64,000 nucleotides of DNA from Alphaproteobacteria bacterium (lineage in GTDB: Bacteria; Pseudomonadota; Alphaproteobacteria; JBFXJJ01): positions 32,001 through 96,000 of the forward strand of contig JBFXJJ010000002.1 in assembly GCA_050175015.1 (NCBI GenBank), written 5' to 3'. This document shows, in pieces, positions 42,253 through 51,797 of the stretch. The stretch's first letter is position 1; every line of letters starts with the position of its first letter. The notes beneath the pieces were generated by a model. The model saw only the letters and a list, made by a program, of their open reading frames with translations, had not been told where the DNA came from and did not search any database. The position numbers and the translations under genes were made by a program.

Positions 42253-43959
42253 TTATGCCTCTTCGCCAAAACCAAGATAGCTTAAATTCTTTTTAATTAT
42301 ATTATCTAACTCTTGCCCTTGTTTCATCTGTTCATAAAGCTTGGTGGATAAGTCTTTCATTTTATCGGCAAAGGGTATGCCGTCATCTTCTATTTCTTCC
42401 GCTCCAACATAACGACCTGGCGTTAATACATAATCTTGAGCTTTTACTTCTTCTAAATTTGCCGATTTGCAAAAACCCGCGATATCCTGATAATCTTCGC
42501 CATTTTGCCAAGCGTGCAAAGTGCTTGCAATTTTTGCTATATCTTCTTTGGTAAAATCTCTTAAAACCCTGTCTACCATAAAGCCAAGGTTCCTCGCATC
42601 TATAAATAATATCTCGCCCTTACGCTCTCTTTTGCCGTTTTTGTTTTTATCTTTGGTTAGAAACCATATACAAGCTGGAATCTGCGTATTGGTAAAAAGC
42701 TGTCCTGGTAAGGCTACCATACATTCGACTAAATCATTCTCGATTAAGTTTTTGCGGATTTCTCCCTCGTTATTGGTGTTAGAGCTCATCGAACCATTAG
42801 CAAGAAGTAAAGCCATAGAACCTGTTGGCGATAGATGATAAAGCATATGTTGCAACCATGCAAAGTTAGCGTTGCCCTGCGGAGGTGTGCCATATTGCCA
42901 ACGTGCATCGCCTTCTAATCTGGCACTCCACCAATCTTTCATATTAAACGGCGGATTTGCCATTACAAAATCGGCTCTTAAATCGGGGTGCTGGTCATCA
43001 AGAAAAGTGTCGGCATTCTTTTTGCCAAAGTTAAAATCAATGCCTCTTATAACCATATTCATTGCGGCAAGTTTCCACGTTGTCGGATTTGCTTCTTGCC
43101 CATATACCGAAATCCGCCTTTTCTGCTCGGCGACGTTATAGTTTTTATCCTTAGCGTGTTCTTCAATAAATCTATCACTTGAAACAAAGAAACCACCAGA
43201 GCCACAAGCGGGGTCATAAACTCGCCCCTTATAAGGTTCTAGCATTTCAACAATTAAGGTTACGATGCTTTTAGGGGTGTAATACTGCCCACCCTGTTTG
43301 CCTTCTGCTAAAGCAAATTGTCCTAAAAAATACTCGTAAACATGCCCTAAAATATCTTTGCTTTTTAAGCTTAGCTTTTCGCCTTTATATTCAGGATTGA
43401 TAAAAATAGTATTAGAAAAAGTTTCGCTGATTAAGCTTGCTAGTTTTTCATTATCTAGCTGATACATACTAATTCGATTTAAGATGCCTTTAAGCTTAGG
43501 GTTTTCTTTTTCAATCTCATCAAGGGCATTGTCAATCAACCAAGAAATAGAACGGAGCTTTACATCTTTTCCCTGCTCATCTTGCCATAAGGTCGAACCT
43601 ATCGGCAAAGCCACAGATTTTTGTAAAAACTGCCATCTTGCGTGAGGTGGAACCCAAATCACATTTTTTTCTTGGTAATATTCTAAAAGCTCTAGCTCTT
43701 GATTAAGTGCTGTTTTGTATTCTTCATCAGATTTATAATCATCACGGGGTAAGTAATAAACGTTATCTGGCTTGTTATCTTTAAAAAGAGCGATTAACTC
43801 GTTTTGACGTTCTTCAAAAGCATCAGAGACATATTTTAAAAAAACTAAACCTAACGCAATATGCTTATAATTAGCGGCGTCCATATTAGAACGAAGCTTA
43901 TCGGCTGATTTCCAAAGTTTGTCGTCTAGTTCTTTTAAAAAATCCTGCTCTTTAGTCAT
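42253..43959 (-). CDS. hsdM: Type I RM methyltransferase subunit
   Basis: LWKSADKLR, GQYYTP, YDPACGSGG, ANPPF. Confidence 0.96.
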   Translation of the reverse strand: MTKEQDFLKELDDKLWKSADKLRSNMDAANYKHIALGLVFLKYVSDAFEERQNELIALFKDNKPDNVYYLPRDDYKSDEEYKTALNQELELLEYYQEKNVIWVPPHARWQFLQKSVALPIGSTLWQDEQGKDVKLRSISWLIDNALDEIEKENPKLKGILNRISMYQLDNEKLASLISETFSNTIFINPEYKGEKLSLKSKDILGHVYEYFLGQFALAEGKQGGQYYTPKSIVTLIVEMLEPYKGRVYDPACGSGGFFVSSDRFIEEHAKDKNYNVAEQKRRISVYGQEANPTTWKLAAMNMVIRGIDFNFGKKNADTFLDDQHPDLRADFVMANPPFNMKDWWSARLEGDARWQYGTPPQGNANFAWLQHMLYHLSPTGSMALLLANGSMSSNTNNEGEIRKNLIENDLVECMVALPGQLFTNTQIPACIWFLTKDKNKNGKRERKGEILFIDARNLGFMVDRVLRDFTKEDIAKIASTLHAWQNGEDYQDIAGFCKSANLEEVKAQDYVLTPGRYVGAEEIEDDGIPFADKMKDLSTKLYEQMKQGQELDNIIKKNLSYLGFGEEA

Positions 43960-44104
43960 TGTTTTTTAGTTCCTAAATATTGTTTTTATTTCCAAATTAA
44001 AGTAATAGAAAAAATAGAAATAATCAAATTTTTAAAAATTAGTTTGGTGTATAACTTAACCACGTTGAGCAATGCAATTGCGAATAAGATAATCCAAGTT
44101 TGTT

Positions 44105-44141
44105 GGCAGGAGAAAAGTGATATTACTTTTCATGTCCTGCC
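44105..44141 (+). other. Candidate oriT (MOBP-type nic)
   Basis: GAAAAGT-N6-ACTTTTC inverted repeat directly followed by ATGTCCTGCC, resembling IncP/IncI YATCCTG^Y. Confidence 0.45.
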
Positions 44142-44162
44142 TTCTTAACCTAATAAGACACA

Positions 44163-44465
44163 TTGCAAAAGATTGCAAAAGAGGTGGAATAATTGATAAA
44201 TTTTGCGAAAGATGTGCAAAGCCTTTGTTTGTAAGGGTTTGATGCTGGCTTAATTATGCAAAAATTGAGAAAGAACTGGATTTTTTGAGAAAGAAGAACA
44301 AAAATTGAAAAACTTGGAGAAACTCCTTATTTTTCAACGGTTACAGGGTGGTAAAATTGATAAAATTTGCAAAAGAAGTGGACTCTTGTGGAATCTCTTA
44401 AATCCTCTTAAACTAGCTGATAAAATATGATAATTTTTGAGCAAAGCCTTGTTTTTCAGAGCTTT
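44163..44465. repeat. Helically phased ~10-bp degenerate repeat array in three blocks
   Basis: TTGCAAAAGA-like units every 9-11 bp; each block ends in an AAAGCCTTGTTTTTCA-like element. Confidence 0.7.
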
Positions 44466-44468
44466 AGC

Positions 44469-44759
44469 TTACAGGTTAAGATTTTTGCTCATTTTATCAT
44501 GCAAAACCCTTACTATGAAGATATTGTCCTTTGAGACTTTGTAAAAAACATTATGGCTTTGAATTGTGTGTTGAAAATAGCCTTGTCTTATATAATCAAC
44601 GGATACGCCAATATAAGGGTTCTCCTGCAAATTTAAAAAATGCCTTTTTAATTCGTTTATGTAAAGATTGGCTTGCTCTTTGCCAAAAACATTAAAGGAA
44701 TAAAGCCAAATATCTCTAATATCTTTTTCGGCTTTCTTTGAAATTGTTAATTTTAACAT
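44469..44759 (-). CDS. parE: RelE/ParE family toxin
   Basis: ISKKAEKDIRDIWLYS...FG...A..Y, SHNVFY, IVRVLH. Confidence 0.88.
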   Translation of the reverse strand: MLKLTISKKAEKDIRDIWLYSFNVFGKEQANLYINELKRHFLNLQENPYIGVSVDYIRQGYFQHTIQSHNVFYKVSKDNIFIVRVLHDKMSKNLNL

Positions 44760-44986
44760 CAGTTATGTTCTTTGTTTAAAGCTTCGATAATATCATCAAT
44801 GCTATTAGGGCTTGTTCCGCTTTGTTCACCTTCGATTAAAGCTTGTCTTAAAACTTCAATTTCTTCAATATTATGACGGATTAAATCTCTAACATAATCG
44901 CTGGCATTCGCATATTTGCCAGTTTCAACTTGAGTTTCAACCCATGATTTCATGGTGTTTGGTAAAGATATGTTCATTGTTGCCAT
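44759..44986 (-). CDS. parD: ParD family RHH antitoxin
   Basis: MATMNISLP...GKYANASDYVRDLIR...LRQALIEGEQSG. Confidence 0.92.
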   Translation of the reverse strand: MATMNISLPNTMKSWVETQVETGKYANASDYVRDLIRHNIEEIEVLRQALIEGEQSGTSPNSIDDIIEALNKEHN

Positions 44987-45006
44987 TTTTCTGTCCTCCT
45001 AGATTT

Positions 45007-45040
45007 ATAATGGCATAGATTGGCAAAGATTGTCAATATT
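45007..45040 (-). promoter_or_regulatory. parDE promoter with tandem operator repeats
   Basis: Minus-strand TTGACA-N18-CATTAT overlapping 10-bp repeats TGGCATAGAT/TGGCAAAGAT/TGTCAATATT. Confidence 0.55.
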
Positions 45041-45315
45041 ATGAAGTTTAAAGTTAAAAGGTTTTTCACATACCCATACAGAAGCCAGAGCTTTTGGATT
45101 TTTTATTATTACCTCAAACTTTTGGAAACAAGCGAAATACTTTTATTTTCAAGATGTTGAGCTTAAATTTTTCCAGAAGTGGAATTTTGCAGACTAACTT
45201 TAACACTCCTAGACACTCAAAGATTGTTTTAAAAAAACATATATTTTTATAAAAAAACACCTCAATAAATTTGATTAAAGAGGTGATTTTTTATTTTTAA
45301 AATCAACTTTAGTTT

Positions 45316-47274
45316 TTACGTTTTTCTAATTTTATCAATAAAGCTTGCAACTTCGTTTTTAAGCTCTGCAGATTTTTCAGATAGCTCTTTAGATGCAGAT
45401 AAAACTTGATTAGCAGCTGAACCAGCTTCGCCTGCGGCTTGAGTTACTCCACCAATGTTGCTTGAAACTTCGGTTGTTCCTTGAGAGGCTTGTTCAACAT
45501 TTCTTGAAATTTCAGAAGTTGCCGCCCCTTGTTCTTCAACGGCACTTGCTATTGCTGTTGAAATTTCATCAATTTTATTAATAACATCACCAATTCTAGT
45601 AATAGCCTCAACGGCACTATTAGTTTTTTCTTGAACATCAGAAATTTGACCAGAGATTTCTTCGGTTGCTTTAGCTGTTTGATTAGCTAAATTTTTAACT
45701 TCACTAGCAACAACCGCAAAGCCTTTGCCTGCATCGCCAGCTCTTGCAGCTTCAATAGTTGCATTAAGAGCAAGAAGGTTAGTTTGATTAGCAATATCAG
45801 TAATTAAATTAACCACTTCGCTAATTCTTTGAGCTGATTCTGCTAAGCTACCAACAATTTCATTAGTTGAATGAACTTCATTAACTGCTTGTTTTGCAAT
45901 CTCTGATTCTTCTGTTACTTGCCTTGATATTTCAGAAATAGAAGCTGATAATTCTTCAGAAGCGGCGGCAACTGTTTGAACATTAGCAGCAGCCTGCTCT
46001 GATGCTGCGGCAACTGCCGTTGCCTGTTGTGCTGTCTGTTCTGATATAGCCGACATACTTTCTGCGGTTGAGTTTAACTCGGTTGATGCAGAAGATACAG
46101 TTTCTACAATTTCAGTTATAGTTTTTTCAAAATCAGAAATAATAATTTCAAGCTGTTTTAATCTTTCGATCTGTTTTTGTTGTTCTTTTTTAGCATCTTC
46201 TTCTAGCTTTTTAGCTTTAATAGAGTTATCTTTAAAAACTTGCATAGCTTCAGCCATATCGCCTATTTCATCTTTATTATCAGATTTTGGCACTTCTACC
46301 TGCAAGTTGCCTTCAGATAAACTCTTCATTGCTTTAGTCATATTAACAATTGGGTTAGCAATTTTACTCGATAATAGATAAGCAATTAAATTACCTAGCA
46401 AAAAGATTATTATAGTTGTTATAAAAAGAGTTCTTTTGACTATATTTGTTTGTGTAATATATTCACTTGTATCCATTGTAATTTCTATTACCGCAACATT
46501 TTTGCCCTCAAAATCTTGAATTGGTGCAAATAAAGTTGCAATTGGAGTATTGTTAATATTTCCATAGAGCAAACTTGTTTTGTTATTAAGAGCATTTAAA
46601 CGTATTTCTTTGGTAGCTTTTGGATTGCTTAAGGTTTCGGCGAAAGTTACAAACTCCCCATCTCTTTGAACATATAAGCCAATATCAACTCCAAAAGTAT
46701 TTTTAAATTCTTCCACTAATTCTTTACCAAAGCTCATGCCAAATTCAACCGAACCAGTATGATTGTTATTGTAAAACATTGGAACAACGGCTCTAATTCC
46801 TAAATCTCCAACTCCTTTTTCTAATCCCAAACTTTCTTTTTTATTTTTATTGGTATCAATAACCGTTTTACGAAAAGAAGATAAGTCATCACCAAATTTA
46901 TTAGGCATATGAGCTCTTAAAAAAGAAGTTGCAGGAGGTGTATGAAATTGGAATTGTGCAATTCCTATGTCTTTAGCTATGCCCTTATGAACTGGAAAAA
47001 AATTTGCCAATTCTTCTCTATTCCTTTCAGCAAAAAGCTTTTGCACATCTTCCATATTAGCTACAAACAAACTTAACGCTCTGCCAGTTTCAGCTCTTTG
47101 ATTAATAAAAGAATTAAAAGTTTGATAATAGCTATTAAGCTCTCTTTGTTCAGCTCTTTCTATGGTTTTGTTTAGTCCGTAGAAAAAAACAAAAGCAGAT
47201 ATAGCACTTGCTAAAACAAGCAAACCAATAAAAGCAATTTGAGTTTTGTATTTAATTGAAATATTTCTAAACAT
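45316..47274 (-). CDS. Methyl-accepting chemotaxis protein with dCache-type sensor (island cargo)
   Basis: [18 protein letters not shown]...[34 protein letters not shown]. Confidence 0.95.
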   Translation of the reverse strand: MFRNISIKYKTQIAFIGLLVLASAISAFVFFYGLNKTIERAEQRELNSYYQTFNSFINQRAETGRALSLFVANMEDVQKLFAERNREELANFFPVHKGIAKDIGIAQFQFHTPPATSFLRAHMPNKFGDDLSSFRKTVIDTNKNKKESLGLEKGVGDLGIRAVVPMFYNNNHTGSVEFGMSFGKELVEEFKNTFGVDIGLYVQRDGEFVTFAETLSNPKATKEIRLNALNNKTSLLYGNINNTPIATLFAPIQDFEGKNVAVIEITMDTSEYITQTNIVKRTLFITTIIIFLLGNLIAYLLSSKIANPIVNMTKAMKSLSEGNLQVEVPKSDNKDEIGDMAEAMQVFKDNSIKAKKLEEDAKKEQQKQIERLKQLEIIISDFEKTITEIVETVSSASTELNSTAESMSAISEQTAQQATAVAAASEQAAANVQTVAAASEELSASISEISRQVTEESEIAKQAVNEVHSTNEIVGSLAESAQRISEVVNLITDIANQTNLLALNATIEAARAGDAGKGFAVVASEVKNLANQTAKATEEISGQISDVQEKTNSAVEAITRIGDVINKIDEISTAIASAVEEQGAATSEISRNVEQASQGTTEVSSNIGGVTQAAGEAGSAANQVLSASKELSEKSAELKNEVASFIDKIRKT

Positions 47275-47353
47275 TTTTTATCCTTAATAATATATTTTTA
47301 TTTTTTATAAAAATTAAACTTATTCTAAATTATTCTTTCTTGTTTTCAAGAAT

Positions 47354-47393
<40 letters not shown>

Positions 47394-47432
47394 GAAAAAT
47401 CAAGAGTTTATCAGTAATTTTTTTTATTTTCC

Positions 47433-49220
47433 TCACATACCCATATCAAAGCCGTAGCTTTTGGATTTTTTTAAGGCGATTTCTTTTTCTTCAAGGTGTT
47501 TTTTGTAGGTTTGGAGTGTTTCTTGATAAAAGGCATCATTGGTTTTTAGGGCTTCTTTAAGTTTTTGATAATTTTCATCGTCTTTTTTAAGCTCGGGCTT
47601 TAGCTCTTTCATCATATCGTCAATGGTTTTGCTTTTGGTTCTCTCGGCTTCAATATCACCAGATATTTTATCATAAACATAAGCTGGAATATTTACTCTG
47701 CCTCCAAGTTCTTCAATATCAACAACCTTTGATACGGCATCTTTGCCATCTTCAAGATAGTAACATTTATGCTCATTATTATATTTAGCAATCTCCTTAA
47801 CAGCTTCTTGATTTTCTTGGCTTATGGGCATTTCAACATAAAAAATGGCTTTTTGTTTTTTCTCTTGATTGTTATTTCTTGCTCGCTCTTTTTTTACTTC
47901 ATCATAAACTTTATTGTAAATCTCGCTTGGAACATAAACCTTGCCACCTAAATCTTCTATTGCAATAATTTTAGAAACCTCATCTTTGCCTTCTTCAACA
48001 TAATAAAATTTGTTTTCTTTATCATATTCAGCAATATTTTTAATTGTTTCATCGTTATTTGGATTTGGAGACATTTCAACATAGAAAACGTGTGGAGTTG
48101 GCTCAAGGTTTATCCTGTTTTCTGGCTTTACTTGAGGTTGTATTTCTGTTTTAAAGCTTTTTACTGCTGGTTGGCTTTTTTTATCAGAACCTAAAAACAA
48201 GGATTTTAAAAGTTTCTTTTGAGCAACAATAATTGCCATTGCAAATGGATCTTTAGTTGCTTCTGCCATTAAAAAATCTTTCCAAGTATAGAAGGCTTTT
48301 TTGAGTAAAGATTGCTCTTTTGGTTTCTTTTTTACGGCTTGATATTTTTGCCATAAAATAGGCGTGTTTGGGTGCTTGGTTAAAGGCTTTTCGGTATAGG
48401 TTATTTTAGGTTCAACTTCATTTTTTGAATCTTCAAATTTGCCAAGTCTTTTTTCAAGTGCATTTTTAGAAAAGCTTCTATCTAAATCAGATGCTTTAAT
48501 TGCCACTTTTTCATCTTTTGAGACGATAGCTAAACCATTACCGCGTTTTTTAAGAAGCAAGCCAACTTCCTCGAAAGCATTATGTAAATCTTGCCATTTG
48601 TTAGCCTGATTTAATGCTTTGGTTAATGGCTCTTTCTTCTCTTTGACATAAGAATAAAAGCTTTGTTGCCAAGTTTTAGCTTCAAAGTCTTTAGCTTTAA
48701 TATGGGGCTTTTCATAATCTTGTTCTTTAGTTTTCTCAATTCCATTATCCGTTTTAAGATTATATTTCTTCTCCATATCACGGCATACTTTTGAGCGTTT
48801 GTAATAATCATTTGATAAGGTCGCAACTTTGAAAGTTTCAGGGTTTATTTTATTATAAGCAATATGCATATGAAAGTTATCGGTATTTTGATGGGTGCCA
48901 ACAATTCTTTGGTGAGTTTCAATCCCTAAGGCTTTGGCAAACTCGCATTCAATTTCTTTTAAGGTTTTTAAATCAGGTTTTTCATCTTTAAAAGAAACTA
49001 ATAAATGATAGGTCTTATCAAGCTTGCATCTAGTGTTTTTGCTTTGAGTATTTTCAATATCAATAATAGCTAAATCTAAATCATCAAGCGTTTCGCCAGC
49101 ATTAGAATTTACTATCCAAAAATCAGAAAGTTTTTCGCCTTCGTCTTCAGCTCCTGCGATATATTTGGCAAGCCTTCTAAAACTGCTTTTAGTGGTTCTT
49201 GGAATATGTTTAGAAATCAT
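47433..49220 (-). CDS. MOBP (TraI/MobA) relaxase
   Basis: SFRRLAKYI catalytic Tyr, TYHLLVSF, HQNTDNFHMHIAYNKINP 3H motif. Confidence 0.92.
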   Translation of the reverse strand: MISKHIPRTTKSSFRRLAKYIAGAEDEGEKLSDFWIVNSNAGETLDDLDLAIIDIENTQSKNTRCKLDKTYHLLVSFKDEKPDLKTLKEIECEFAKALGIETHQRIVGTHQNTDNFHMHIAYNKINPETFKVATLSNDYYKRSKVCRDMEKKYNLKTDNGIEKTKEQDYEKPHIKAKDFEAKTWQQSFYSYVKEKKEPLTKALNQANKWQDLHNAFEEVGLLLKKRGNGLAIVSKDEKVAIKASDLDRSFSKNALEKRLGKFEDSKNEVEPKITYTEKPLTKHPNTPILWQKYQAVKKKPKEQSLLKKAFYTWKDFLMAEATKDPFAMAIIVAQKKLLKSLFLGSDKKSQPAVKSFKTEIQPQVKPENRINLEPTPHVFYVEMSPNPNNDETIKNIAEYDKENKFYYVEEGKDEVSKIIAIEDLGGKVYVPSEIYNKVYDEVKKERARNNNQEKKQKAIFYVEMPISQENQEAVKEIAKYNNEHKCYYLEDGKDAVSKVVDIEELGGRVNIPAYVYDKISGDIEAERTKSKTIDDMMKELKPELKKDDENYQKLKEALKTNDAFYQETLQTYKKHLEEKEIALKKSKSYGFDMGM

Positions 49221-49537
49221 AAATCCTCAATCTTTGCCCTTAAAATTGCTCGTAAATCTGCAATAGCGTTAATATGTTTGTTTAACTCTTCAGGATAAAA
49301 ATCTTCATCAAGAGCAAGTTTAAATAAATTGCCTAGCCTTGCTAAATCAGCATTGATTTTTAGTAAATCAGATATAGCTTGTTGTTTGCCAATGTTCGGC
49401 AAGGGAATATTTAAAACCGCAAATCTTAAAAGCTCTGATTGTGATAAATTATAAGCTTTAGCTAGTTCGATAAGCTTGTCTTTTTCCTGTTTGTTTAGAT
49501 AAACCAAGCTCGCAATGTTTCTTTTGTCTGGTTTCAT
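49217..49537 (-). CDS. TraJ/MobC-like relaxosome accessory protein
   Basis: RHH-like N-terminus, LLKINADLARLGNLFKL; overlaps relaxase start. Confidence 0.82.
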   Translation of the reverse strand: MKPDKRNIASLVYLNKQEKDKLIELAKAYNLSQSELLRFAVLNIPLPNIGKQQAISDLLKINADLARLGNLFKLALDEDFYPEELNKHINAIADLRAILRAKIEDL

Positions 49538-49843
49538 TTAAAGCTCCTCATCAGGAATTTTTCTTTTTGGGTCAAAACGAAACTTTGGAATGGTTGTGGT
49601 TTCTTCTCTTGATTGCAGTTCTTTGCGGGCTAAAAGCCTTAAATCTTCAGGGTGCATAAAATCTTTTAGATTGATGTGCTTTTTGATAAATCGATAAAAA
49701 GATGCTTTAGAGCAGGTTATTTCTCTTTTTTCTTTTAGCTCGTTATAAATGCTGTGCCTTGTATAGCCTTGTTTTAAGAATTGCCTGATTTTGGCAGTTT
49801 TTGCGATTAGTTCATATCTAACTTGGGCGTAGTATTTAGTCAT
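49538..49843 (-). CDS. TraK-like oriT-binding protein
   Basis: IRQFLKQGY...IYNELKEKREITCSKASFYRFIKKHI. Confidence 0.7.
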   Translation of the reverse strand: MTKYYAQVRYELIAKTAKIRQFLKQGYTRHSIYNELKEKREITCSKASFYRFIKKHINLKDFMHPEDLRLLARKELQSREETTTIPKFRFDPKRKIPDEEL

Positions 49844-51797
49844 TTTGGCTTTCTCCTAAACTTGAGTGGTTAAAATTACGACCCTCTACATATCTACAAC
49901 TCTTGCTATCCTTAGCTTTCTCAAGATAAATATTCTTATCTGGTAGAGGGTTTGTAGAGGGTTGGTTGTGATTGTAAGTATTGGTTTTGCTATGTTGTAG
50001 CGGGGTAGAGGGTTTAATCAGGTAACGAGAAAACGCATCTTTAAAATGCTCCTTGTGGTAACATTTTAAATTTTTATCATTCATTCTTTTTTGATGAGAT
50101 TTAATGCCAAAATCTTTTAAAACTACGGATAATTGAAGTGGGGTAATTGGTTGATAGTTTTTCCATTCACTCCAAGGGCTTTCGCAAATATCAGCAAGCT
50201 TTAAACATAATTCCTGAGAGCTAATAAAGCTTAACGGATAATCCTTAAAAATGTCTCTTATATCGCTTAACAAAAGGGTTTTAATCGAGCTGTCATCATC
50301 AGCATAACCAATGCTGTCTGTGGTGTTCATGGCTATATTTGCTTGCTCTAACCACTTCTTGCCTGCAAGTTCGGCTATGGCAAGAAGTGGTCGCCAGTTA
50401 TCAGCAGATCTATCATTAATCTGATTAGAAATTATGGGGTCTGCTTCCTGAAGTTTTAAATAATTATCATCTGCAAAACGACTGCATTTTTGTTTGATAA
50501 TATCAAATAAAGAGCTTTTGTCGCCTCTTAAGCGTTCAACCGTTTCTCCAGTAAACTTTCTTCGCATGGTTATAATAAGGCTTCTATCGGCTATGGTATC
50601 AGCTAACTTGCCAATTCCAGCTATGGCACAAGGGCAGAAAACATTAAAAAATCTAACGCTATGACCTTTGCTAACTTCAACATTGCGGATTACGCCTCCG
50701 CCCTTAGTATGACCTTCATTAATAATGCCTCTTAGTTCTTCCTTTTCTTTTAAAAAAGCATCAACTTCATCTATTAATAAAGTTGGAGCATATTCTTCAA
50801 TGGTTCTAAACATTGCAGAAGCTGTAAGGCTTGAAACTCTTAAGGATTTACAACAAAGAAAGTCCAACAACATAAGTAAGGTTGTTTTGCCGCATCTTTT
50901 TTCTGGAGAGTGAATAAGCAGTCTTGGGGAATGCTCAAAAGCATCAAAAGAGTAAGTAAATAAAACCCATAGAGCTAAAGAGGTTTCGGCATTATCAGGT
51001 AAAACAAGATATTTTTTAAAAATGGCTCTTAACTCATCTAAAAGCTCTTTGCCATTAACTGGCTTTGAATATGGATTTGGTCTTGGTAAATTAAGCTCTC
51101 TTCCTGCAAGTTGTTTGCTATCAGTTTTTGAGCTTGTTTCCAAAAGCGTTCTTAAAAAACTAATGCTTTTATCTTTAGGTAGCTCATCTGCTAAATCCCA
51201 ACCTTCAGGAAAATCTTCAGGAATTTTAACAATTGCTACTTCGTTTTGTTTTTTTAAGATTCTAAAAAGCTTTAAGATTGCTTGTTTGCCAGCTTCATCA
51301 TTATCCGCCCAAAGCTTAATTTTGCTGTTTTGTAAAATGCTCCAATTAGCTTTTGAGATAGCGTTAGCACCGCCAGCCCAAGTTAAAACCAGATAATCAG
51401 GAAAAAGAAGCCTTGCATTATCAGCAGTTTTTTCTCCTTCAACAATTAAGATATTATCATTTGGTCTTTGCTCCAAAAACTCTTCGCCATAAAGAGGTCT
51501 TGGCTCGGGCAACCCCTTCATCTGCCAAGCTGTTTTGCCATTTGCAAGTTTGCAATAAGTAAAGGGGCGAAAAGTCTTTTGCGTTGAGCCATTAACGGTT
51601 TCATATCTGGCAATATAGCCAACAAGCTCGTTTTTAGCGTTCTTATAAGCATAAACACTCTTTGGTTCATTCCATTCCGTAATTTTAAAAGAAGGCTCTG
51701 GAGCATTATCAGGAACAGGAATAATCGGTATTACTTCTGGCTCTTTTGTTAAGATGTTTGTTTTAGAAACATCTATTGGTTTAAAAAAATTATTCAT
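49836..51797 (-). CDS. Primase (TOPRIM)-DUF3631-like replication protein
   Basis: PRPLYG, IVEGEKTAD, WADNDEAG; SPEKRCGKTT Walker A, LLIDEVD, DRSADNWRPLLAIA. Confidence 0.85.
   Translation of the reverse strand: MNNFFKPIDVSKTNILTKEPEVIPIIPVPDNAPEPSFKITEWNEPKSVYAYKNAKNELVGYIARYETVNGSTQKTFRPFTYCKLANGKTAWQMKGLPEPRPLYGEEFLEQRPNDNILIVEGEKTADNARLLFPDYLVLTWAGGANAISKANWSILQNSKIKLWADNDEAGKQAILKLFRILKKQNEVAIVKIPEDFPEGWDLADELPKDKSISFLRTLLETSSKTDSKQLAGRELNLPRPNPYSKPVNGKELLDELRAIFKKYLVLPDNAETSLALWVLFTYSFDAFEHSPRLLIHSPEKRCGKTTLLMLLDFLCCKSLRVSSLTASAMFRTIEEYAPTLLIDEVDAFLKEKEELRGIINEGHTKGGGVIRNVEVSKGHSVRFFNVFCPCAIAGIGKLADTIADRSLIITMRRKFTGETVERLRGDKSSLFDIIKQKCSRFADDNYLKLQEADPIISNQINDRSADNWRPLLAIAELAGKKWLEQANIAMNTTDSIGYADDDSSIKTLLLSDIRDIFKDYPLSFISSQELCLKLADICESPWSEWKNYQPITPLQLSVVLKDFGIKSHQKRMNDKNLKCYHKEHFKDAFSRYLIKPSTPLQHSKTNTYNHNQPSTNPLPDKNIYLEKAKDSKSCRYVEGRNFNHSSLGESQND
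49879..50018 (-). repeat. CCTCTAC iteron module, copy B (3' end of rep; probable oriV)
   Basis: GTAGAGGGTT at 49943, 49954 and 50005, GTAGCGGG at 49997, opposed ACCCTCTAC at 49881. Confidence 0.7.

Noticed and set aside
44163-44465. CRISPR array
   Set aside because: Units are ~10 bp and degenerate, with no unique spacers and no cas genes
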